Origin: Clostridiales bacterium
GTDB taxonomy: Bacteria; Bacillota; Clostridia; Oscillospirales; Acutalibacteraceae
Direction: 5' to 3'
DNA: 64,000 nucleotides
Assembly (NCBI GenBank): GCA_024684435.1
Contig: JAIKWV010000035.1
Location: 4,343-68,342 of the forward strand
The notes beneath the pieces are model-generated. The model was not told the DNA's origin and did not search any database. It saw only the letters and a program-made list of their open reading frames with translations. A program made the translations under genes and the position numbers. Of the stretch, positions 7,907-17,600 are shown one piece after another; position 1 is the stretch's first letter, and each line of letters begins with the position of its first letter.

Positions 7907-8307
7907 TGTCCAAACACGATAACGCATCAAAAAACAGCACAAAATATATTCTTATCAGAGCCGCAATACGCGCATCGGTCTGTTCGGTCATTTACTTTGT
8001 TCTGACGGCTGTCTTTGTCGCCGTAAGTCTTAAGCTCGATCTGCCCCGGGAAAATGATCTTATATTTGTCCTTATCAGCGCCGCGGTAACAGCAGCCATC
8101 GCGGGTTATGCCTCCGTCAGACCTGTGCGGAAAAACGGTCTGGCTCTGGGCGCATTTGCCTGCCTCCCCTGCTTTCTTATAATAATGCTTGTTTCGGCGT
8201 TTACGGCGTCAAAGCTGCCCGGGGTCAAGGCATTGATATTTGCCGCCGTGATGTTGTTATTCGGCTCTCTTGGAGGAATACTGGCGGCAAATCAGAAGAG
8301 AAAATAA
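7906..8307 (+). CDS. small polytopic membrane protein (YrzE/TIGR04086-like)
   Basis: 133 aa with four hydrophobic segments. Its position after yajC matches B. subtilis yrzE (recollection). Start ATG 7906 follows GAGGGG. Confidence 0.65.
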   Translation: MSKHDNASKNSTKYILIRAAIRASVCSVIYFVLTAVFVAVSLKLDLPRENDLIFVLISAAVTAAIAGYASVRPVRKNGLALGAFACLPCFLIIMLVSAFTASKLPGVKALIFAAVMLLFGSLGGILAANQKRK

Positions 8308-8313
8308 GTTTTT

Positions 8314-8365
8314 ACTCCTTCCGTCATCGCTTACGCGGCGACACCTTTCTCTGGGAGGAAGGCTG
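8314..8365 (+). repeat. intergenic repeat, module A (ACTCCYTC..GTCA..hairpin)
   Basis: ACTCCTTCCGTCATCGCTTACGCGGCGACACCTTTCTCTGGGAGGAAGG aligns position by position with 40347-40405 (ACTCCCTCAGTCACTCACTTTGTTCGTGACAGCTCCCTCAACGAGGGAA). Confidence 0.7.
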
Positions 8366-8424
8366 TTTTCGGCACGCATGTATGCGTGCCCTACGGTGGA
8401 AGGGCGTGGAAGCCCTCCCCTACG
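8366..8424 (+). repeat. intergenic repeat, module B copy 1 (two hairpins, NNGGAA loop, CCTAC tail)
   Basis: 59-nt unit TTTTCGGCACGCATGTATGCGTGCCCTACGGTGGAAGGGCGTGGAAGCCCTCCCCTACG, identical to 8508-8566. Confidence 0.9.
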
Positions 8425-8507
8425 ATATTGGTACGAACATTTTGTATTTAGGGCGGTCATGCCCGCAAAACGTAGGGCAAGGATACATCCTTGCCGCCGC
8501 ATGACTT

Positions 8508-8566
8508 TTTTCGGCACGCATGTATGCGTGCCCTACGGTGGAAGGGCGTGGAAGCCCTCCCCTACG
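8508..8566 (+). repeat. intergenic repeat, module B copy 2
   Basis: Exact 59-nt direct repeat of 8366-8424, offset by 142 nt. Confidence 0.9.
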
Positions 8567-8597
8567 TTGTGCAAATGATTCAATATAAAATTTTTTC

Positions 8598-8631
8598 AGG
8601 CGGTACCTTTGATCTCTCAAAGGTACCGCCT
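8598..8631. terminator. perfect 15-bp hairpin between convergent genes (possible bidirectional terminator)
   Basis: AGGCGGTACCTTTGA / TCTC / TCAAAGGTACCGCCT. It is flanked by an A/T run on the left and TTGCCTGTTTT on the right. Confidence 0.5.
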
Positions 8632-8648
8632 TTGCCTGTTTTGGTCTA

Positions 8649-8682
8649 TTGCAAGGTAAGTCCGGGTGGACCTACCCTGCAA
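8649..8682 (-). other. strand-specific 3' stem-loop immediately after the stop of the giant gene
   Basis: On the minus-strand RNA this is a 15-bp stem with two G-U pairs and an ACCC loop. On the plus strand the same positions are A-C mismatches. No U-run follows. Confidence 0.45.
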
Positions 8683-8696
8683 TATTCAGTTGTCAA

Positions 8697-11600
8697 TTAA
8701 CCGTTCTCGGTTTCGTCCTTCTCAAGCTCCAACTGTTTGATCGTAATCGTGGGAGTGGAATCTGTTGCCTTGACCCAATCCTCGCCGGACTTAACGTTGA
8801 TCTTGTAAGTGCCGGGAACGATAAGTGATGTGATAGTCCAGGTTTTGTCGGAAACGCTTACAGCACTGTTGCCCTTTGCAAAGGTGTAAGTACCCTTAGC
8901 GTTCTCAAGCTGGATCTTGCTGACGTCGCCTTTAACAACGATCGTGATGGAACCGTCATCATTCTGAACAGCTGATACGACGCCTGTCTCAAGAGTAAGT
9001 ACCTGTGACTTGTCATTATCTGTCCACTCGCTGACATCGTTGCCGCTGACCTGCTTGACAACATACTTTGCGCGTGCATTGTATGTGCCGTCCTTAAGAG
9101 TTACTCCGGTGATTGTCCAGATCTCTTTGGTTGCGTCGTTTTCATCAGCCGTAACGGTAACATTTTCGCTGTTCTTCGCGAAAACCCACTCCTGATACTC
9201 AGAACCTTCCGTTGCATCCTGATCGATACGAACCTTTACAGCGCCTGCTTCAGCCTTGATAACGACTGTGCCGTTATCATAGCTTGCTGCATAGACAGCG
9301 CCGTTGCTCTCGACAACTACTACGACGGGATCATCGATAACCTCAGCAGCTTCTACTGTGAATGTTGCTGAATCTTCTTCCGCTGTGTACTCGCCGTTGA
9401 ATCTTGCATATACGGTGTAAGTTGCAGGATCAAGTTCATGGTTACCAACGGTCATGTCGATCGTCCAAACCTCGTTGTTGGCATCATTAGTTGCGATAGT
9501 AACTACGTTATCGCTTCTGAGATAAGTCCACTTGCCGGTTACTTTTGTGCCGTCCTTGTACTCGACTTCGCCTTCGAACTTGATTCTCTCAGCGTCCGCG
9601 GTTACTTCGATAACAAGGATGCCGTCGGTGTAGGTTGCGGAGTAGACCTTTGCGTTCTGCGGTACATTCTCTACTACAAGAGTAGCTGAATTATTGCCTT
9701 CTGTCCACTCGCCTATGCCGTTAACAAGGAACTTGCCGTTTACGACATATTCGCCGTCTCCGTAGTATGTCTCGGAAATTGTCCAGGTTTCTTTACCGTC
9801 CACAGGATCGGAGATATTAACAAGAGCATTGTTCCTTGCATAAGTTATTGTCTTGATCTCGTCGCCGACAACAACGTTTACAAACTGGATCTTCTGAGCG
9901 CCTGCGCCTGCTACGACGGTTACGCTCTTGTCAAGTCTGTTGAATGTTGCGGAGAAGATCTTTGCAGTGTCGGATGCGTTGCTTACTGTAAGTTCAACTG
10001 ATTCGGGATCCTCTGTCCACTCACCGTTGTACTTAGCCTTTACCATGTAGACGCCGTCTTCAGCATAGTCGTTGATGGTCCATGTCTCGGTACCGTCGTC
10101 GTTCAGAACAATGGAAACTTTAGCATCATTTCTCAGATATGAGAGTACATAAGGCTCGCCGTCCTTGGTCTTGTTGAGAGAGACCTTGGTAGCGCCTGCG
10201 AATGCTACGATCGTAATAACTTCAGGTGTGTACTCTGCAGATATAACTTTCGCTGCCTGCGGCATATTTGTTACGGTAAGTGTCGCTGAATGATCAGCGT
10301 CTGTCCACTCGCTGATAGAGTTCTGCTCATCGATCACTACAACAACATACTTAGCGCAAACTGTGTATACGCCGTCCTCAACAGCAGAGGTAATTGTCCA
10401 AACTTCCTTGCCTGCTTCTGTTGCGGATTCTGCAACGGTTACATCCTCATCGTTTCTTGCAAATGTGAGCATGTACTGTGCATTATCCTTGGTCTTGTTG
10501 AGAGAAACCTTTTCAGCGCCTGCGTCTGCTACGATAACAAGAGTCTTGGTATCGGGATCGTAGGTTGCTGAGTAGACTGCCTTATCAAGCTCAGGTGTTT
10601 CCTCAGATACAACGAGTGTTACTGAGTTTTCATCATCTGTAAACTTGCCTGCGTACTTGCCGCGTACTGTGTAAGTAGCGGGATCAAGGAGCTTGTTGAT
10701 GGTCCATGTGTCCTTCTTGGTCAACGGATCGGTCTCAACCGAAGCGTTATCCTTATCGACGGTCCATACGAAGTCAGCAGTCTGGATCTGATGGTTATCA
10801 TCCTGATATGTGATCGTGCCTTCAACGAGGATCTTGTCTGCGCCTGAATCAACGACAACAACAAGTACGCCGTTGTCATAGGTCGCGGAGTAGACCTTCG
10901 GGATCTCGGTCGGGTTCACTACTGTGAATGCTGCGGAATGATCGTCATCCGTCCACTCATCAGTATCGAACTCTGCGAACTTAGCGCGTGCGACATAATC
11001 GCCGTTTGCAAGGTAAAGGTCAATAGTCCAGATCTCTCTGTCGTTTGTTGCATTGGGCTCAACCGATACAACGCCATCAGAGGTCTTCGTGTAAGTCCAT
11101 GTCATAAGCTCGCCGTCAACCGTCAGGCAGATCGCGATCTTAAGAGCGTCTTTGTCTGCCTCAACAGTGATGATGTGATCCTCATAGCTTGCAGCATAGA
11201 CAGCCTTGGACTCAACAGGAGCGTAGGAAGCTGTTGCAACGATGTTGTATGCGGGCATGGTTGCGGGAGTGGCGATCGGTGTATTGTTATCGTCATTCTT
11301 TGTCCATAACCACATACCGCCCTCGGGAGCAGCTACGTTGATAGCAGCGCCATAGATGAAGGTCTGCTCTGTGGTGTTTTCACCGTCTACGAATGTGATG
11401 GTGAAGCTGTTCCTTGTGTAGTCAGCGTAAAGTACAAGAGAATTGTCACCAAGTACTGTGCCACTTACTGCAGCGGGAGTTACAAATCCTGCATCAGCAG
11501 ATGCATCCGCGGTGTAGGTTACTGTATCGCCTACAAGAGCATCAGCCACGGGGATAGTTGCGATTGTTTCGAATGTCTGACCGTCAACGTTCTGCTGACG

Positions 11601-14600
11601 AACAACAACTGTGTAGCTTGCGCGTGCAAATGTAGCTGTTGCTGTGACATTCTCTGCGGGCATTGTCGCGGGCTTGGTGCCTGTTGACCATGTCCATGTG
11701 CCGGGGATATTCTCAACACCCTCGCCATCAATGGTGGGAGCGTCGGGATCAGCAACTGCAGCGCCGTAGATGTACGGAACCTCTGTGCTGTCATTGCCGT
11801 TAATGTAAGTTACCGTGTAGGTATTTCTCAGATATTTTACCTCGATAACAAGGCCGGATTCAACTGTCTTGGTTATAGCTTCGGGAGTTGCGATACCGGT
11901 GTCAGTATAGCCAAGATCGGTGAGCTGATCGGGAGTGTAGGTTACTGAAGAACCGACAAGAGCGTCTTCAACTGTTGTTGTCTTAACGGTTGTGAAGGTC
12001 TCACCGTCAGTGTTCTGCAGCTTGATAACTACCGTGTAGTCAGCCTTTGCGAATGTTGCTGTTGCTGTGAGGTTGTATGCAGGCATCGTGTTGGGAACCT
12101 GTGCGGGAACCTCTTCGCTTTCAACGGTCTTGGTCCATACCCATGAACCTGTTACGTTGTCAATTACAGGATTGCTGCGTACGTCAACATCAGCACCGTA
12201 GAGATAAGAATCTGTTGTGCTGTCGTTGCCGTTTACATAAGTGATCGTGTAGGTATTTCTCAGATATTTTACCTCGATCTCAAGGCCGGTCGCAACTGTC
12301 TCAGTTATCGGAGCGGGAGTTGCGAAGCCTTCCTTGGCTGCGGGAGTATAAGTTACTGTGTCGCCGATAAGAGCATTTTCCACTGTGATCGTATCAATGG
12401 TGGTGAATGTCTGACCGTTAGTATCCTGATCCTTGATAACGATCGTGTAGGAAGTGTAACCGAATGTAGCTGTTGCTACAAGGTTGACAGCGGGCATCTC
12501 GTTGTTCTCGGGAGCGGTTGCGGGTTCATTATCCGCAGTCTTCCAAGTCCACTGACCTGTTACCGTAGCGCCGTCTGTGCCTGCCTTGGTGGGATCGTTG
12601 CGTACAACAACAGTTGCACCGTAGAGGTAAGACTCTGTTTCGCTGCCGGTCTCGGTCACGTAAGTGATGGTGTAGGTATTTCTCTTGTAGTAAACTGCAA
12701 GAGTTGCATTGCCATCCGCGTTGATTGTGGTCTCTGTCACAGTAATATCCTCGTCAATGCTGAAGCCCATCTCGGGTCCTGCAGGCTCGAAGGATACCTG
12801 GCCGCCGATGATGCCGTAAACCGGATCAAGAGCTGTGCCGTTGTCATAGTTGCCGGAAACATCCATTACATACTTAACGGGAGTAATAGTGATAAGCTCG
12901 GGATACTGAGCAACAACTGTTACGTCCTCTGTGGGCATTGTGAATACATTGTCCGCAGTGGGCCATACCCAGATACCGTCGTTGCCGTTTCCATCCTTAG
13001 GAATAGCGGGTGCATCGTACTCGTCGATAACAATAGCAGCGCCGAAGATAACATCTTTGCTCTCTACTGTTACGCCGTCGATCACGAAGTTGAGCTTAAA
13101 GGTATTTCTTGCGAACTTAACATTAAGTACAAGAGCCTCTTCGCCAACTGCCGGGATCTTGCCGGTGACATTGCTGTCATCGCTAAGGGTGTAGTTTGCG
13201 GGAACTTCGTAATCCGCTGTCACGTCTGCGTCAACAGCACCGTTGAGTGTCTGTGAAGACGTAAGCTCGTATGTGCCGGAAGCGTTCATGGTCCAGTACT
13301 TGACCGTGTAGGTGTTGATGCTGCCTGTGAAGTCAGCAGTTGCTGTAAGGTCAGCCGCGGGCATCTTGGCGGGTTCCACAGTAGCCATATTGTCAGCTGT
13401 GGTCTTCCAGTTCCAAACGCCTGTTGCGCCTGTTGCTGCATCAACAGGAGCCTGTACATCGACAGGAGCGTCATAGAGGTACTCGACCTCTGTGCTGTCA
13501 TTGCCGTTTACATAAGTGATCTTATAAGTATTTCTTACAAGATAGATGCTAAGAGTAATGCCCTCTGTGGTCTCGACCTTGCCTGTAGTTGTGCTGCTTG
13601 CGGCAAGTGTGTAACCGTTGATAGCTGAAGCGCTGGGAGTTACATCAACTTCTGTGCCGAGAACAACCTGTACAGGATCTGAGATCTCAGGATCGCCGTA
13701 TTCGCCGTCAAAGCCCTGTCTGTAGGTGTAGACGGTGTATGTACCGTAAGCACTGCTGTAATCAGCTGTTGCTGTAAGGTCATAAGCGGGCATCGTTGTG
13801 GGTGCCTGAACAGATTCGCCGCCAACGGTCTTTGTCCATACCCAAACGCCTATTGCGCCGTCAGCTTTCACAAGCGCGGGGATTTCGACTGTCTCGCCGA
13901 AACGGTAGCCGGCTACTTCGTTATCCTTGCCTTCTTCAACAAAGGTAATAGTATACTGGTTAGCCTCGTATGTAGCGGTGATTTCGGTGTCTCTGCCGGG
14001 CATAGTCGGGGGTACCTGACCCCAAGAGCCTGTGTAGCCCTCTGCGTGTGTTCCGCGGTAGACCATTTCGGGAAGAGTGATGTTGGAAAGGTCTGCGCCG
14101 TACTCATAAGAAGCCTCGGAAACAACGTAACCGTCTGCTACGAATGAAAGCTTGAATGTACCGTTAGAGTATACTGCGTGGTATACAAGGTTCTCAGCGA
14201 TCATTGATCCGGGGATAGCCGCAACATTTTCATCTTTGTCGTACCATACGCCGTTTCTGCCTTCAAGAGAAGGAACATCGGGGATGCTGACGTTCTGCTC
14301 GTATACGTATGTATCGACCTGGTAGGTAGTACCATCTTCCTTGAGGTAAGTGATGGTGTAGGAATTTCTTGCGTAGTAGAGTACGATGGGTTTATCTGTG
14401 CCGCCCTGCTCATCAGTGATGGTGGCTTCGAGATTTGAAGTGTACTCTGCGTCAGGATCAGTTACAAGTGTGAAACCTGTGAATGTAGGAGCGGTCTCAA
14501 CCTTAACTGTATCGCCGACATTACCGTAGAGAGCAATGTCTGTGCCTTCGGGAGCAACGTATGAACCGTCAAGCTGTGCCTTGTAGATGGTGGGAACGAC

Positions 14601-17600
14601 CTTTACGGGATACTTTGCAACCGCGAAGAGTGTCTCGTTTGCTTCAAGAGCGGGCATCTTTGCGGGCTGGCTGCCGTCCTCGGTGTTCCATACCCAGATA
14701 CCGTCGTTCTCGTTTTCATCCTTGGGAACATCAACAGGAACGATCGGCTGCTCATAGTAGTATTCCTGAGAAGCATAAGCATCTTCGCCTGCTGCTTTGT
14801 AGTAGGAAACTATGTACTTATCTCTTGCGATGAATACCTTAAGTACAAGTGAGCCGTCCTCTGCTACCATGCCTTCTGTTACACTGCCTTCACCAAGCTT
14901 GTAACCTGTTGCGATAGAAGGATCAGCATAGACTGTAGTACCGATGGTGCCGGTCTTGGTAGTGGTGATCTTGTCACCCCATGAGCCATCAGCATTCTGA
15001 TACTGAGTCTCGATGGTGTATGCTGCAAAGCTTGAGCTGTAGTTAGCTGTAGCTGTAAGAGCATAGGAAACGGTCTCGGGAGCCTCAAGAAGCTTGGAGC
15101 CGTCCTCGGTCTTTGTCCATTCCCAAACGCCTCTCGGATGTTCTGTATCTGTAGGAACGTCCACGGTGGGAACGGGTGCGCCGAAGTATACATTCTCGGT
15201 GTAGATCACGCCGGAAAGTGAGCCGTTAGGTGTTGTGATCTGGTCTGCTTCGTTGATAACGAACTTGACCTCATACTGTGCTCTTGCAAGGTAAACAACA
15301 AGGTTTACATTGTTGTCTCTTTCAACTGTACCGGTAAGTACGTTACCCTGAGCATTCTCGTCAAAGTAGAAGTTATCAAACGTCTCCATATCATTCTCTG
15401 TGAGAGTGATAACTGTGCCATAGGTAGCTTTATTATCGTTTACGACCTTGAATGCCTCGGTGGGATATTGACCGTCAATACCCATTCTGATGTAAGAAAT
15501 AGTATAATTATACTCATTCTCAGTCCAGATAGCGTAAAGGGTTACATCCTTTGTGATGGTGTACTCGTCGTCGAGTACTGTGGTGGCATTGGCAGATTCT
15601 GCCCAGCCTGCGAATGTATAGCCCTGTCTGCTTACGCCGGGATCAGGAAGAGTGATCGTGGTGTTTTCTGTGCCTGACATGGACTGGGGAGCTGTGCCTT
15701 CTGCGCCGTTAAGATCGAAATCAACGGTGAAGGTCTCGGGCTCTGCCTGCCAGGTGACCTCTGTAGTGAGGTTAGCCATGGGAGCTTCGCTGCGCTCTCC
15801 GCCGGAAAGCTCGGAGTTCTTGGACTTGGTAACTGTGTAGAGTGTTCTTGAAAGGCCTTCTTCGCCGGGCTTCTGGTTGCCGATGAAGTAATCGCCTACC
15901 ATGAACGCTGTGCTCTTGTCTAATGTAGCGCCTGCCTTAAGCTTGATGGCGAATGTAGCGATGGTAACATCGTCAAAGCTCTGAGCAAAGGGAGCGCTGC
16001 TTGAATACTTGGTGGCGCCCCAAAGGAGAAGGTCAAGACCATACTGGTTTCTGAATTCGAGATCATCGAATGCGCTCCAGCCGGGTCCCTCGGGATATAC
16101 GCCGGGACAAATCCTTGCCTTGTTGCTGTTGGTGGTCAGATCGTGTTCACGGAACAGCGTGGTCACGCCGTCTTCAGCATAGCCATAGAACTTGTTAAAT
16201 CCGTTATCTCCGGTGAAGTACTCTGTCTTCGGAGTTGTGTAGCCAAGTGTGGTGCCTTCAAGTGTGCCCTTTTCAAACATATCGGAATTGATAAGGATCG
16301 GGATACCGAAGGTAGCTACGGGGAAGTTGGAGGAGAACTTAACATCAAAGATGTAAGTGCCGTCGTCCTTAACCTCTGTGTTCTCGATTGTGAACTTAGC
16401 GTTGTAGTTTTCTGCGTAGTACTCCCAGGTGTACTGGTTGCGGTAACCGAACTCGGTGCCAACAGTGCCGTCGGGAGCTGTGACTGAGTATTCATACTCT
16501 TCGTACGCAGGTCCAAGAGGATCGATGTACTGTTTGTATATACTCTTGAGGGTGGTGAGATATCCGTCAACTACAGACTGTTCAGCCTCTGTGCAATCTG
16601 TTCTGAAGGAAAGAGCATTTGCAATAGCCGACTTGGCGGGCTCTTTGTAGTGCTCAAGCTCTTCAGCCGCGCGCTCAAGGTATGTACGCTCGGTTCTGGT
16701 CTTGGGAAGAAGCGGGAAGTATGACTGGAATCCAAGTAAATCCTTTGTGGTTCTATCACGTACAACGGAGTCGCTCTCAAGGTAATTGTAAAGAGCTGTG
16801 TAATCAGCATACTTAACAGTGCCGTCGTCGATATCAGCGACAAGGGTTATTGTTGCTGAATCGTAAGCACCGACATACTGGGGAGCGCTGAATGCCGCGC
16901 CGTTAAGGAGCCAGCCTTTGAAGCTCTTGGGAGATTCAGGCTGAGGAGCCTCCGGTAAAGCAAATACTGCGCCGTAGTAGTAAGTCTGGCTTGCGTAAGG
17001 AGCCTCTTCAACAACATAGTTGAAGGTGTACTGATTTCTTGAATAGTAAACTTTAAGTGTAAGGGTGTTATCAACTGTGCCTACATTACCGGAAAGATTA
17101 CTGCTGTCTGCATCAAATGTGAATCCGGTTGCTGCCGCCGCAGGTGTGAAAGAAACATCTGAATTGGCTGATGCGGTCTTAGATGTGGTATCTGTCAGCT
17201 GATATTTGCCTGTTGTATCCATCTCATAGGTCTCGACCTTGTAGGATACAGCGATGTCTTCGTAATGAAGAGTAGCAATGAGGTTGTATGCGGGCATTGT
17301 TGTGGGAGCAGAAACAGTATTGTTGTTGCTGTCCGTCCATACCCATGAACCGTCCTTGCCGGGGATCTGATCGATACCCTTAATAGTTACTACTGTGCCG
17401 TAGGTAACTTCAACTGTTTCGATCACGCTGCCGTTTTCATTCTCATAAGTGATGGTGTAAATGTTGGGTGTGTAGACCGCCTTGATCTCAAGATTCTGAG
17501 CGGGCATTGTTGCGGGAGTCTCAGCGTTCCATGATCCTGTGTTTCCTTCGGGAACATTGGGAACTGCGGGAGCAGCAGATGTGTTCTGACCAAACTTGTA

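Noticed and set aside
8366-8566. Possible CRISPR array (two identical 59-nt direct repeats)
   Set aside because: There are only two copies. The repeat is longer than CRISPR repeats, the 83-nt spacer itself contains a hairpin of the same family, there are no cas genes, and related units occur singly elsewhere.
8257-8620. Three ORF-track ORFs (86, 102 and 66 aa) across the 8.3-8.6 kb intergenic region
   Set aside because: They are translations of the GC-rich hairpin repeat units in different frames and strands. They have no SD, overlap each other, and the same peptides would recur wherever the repeat recurs.
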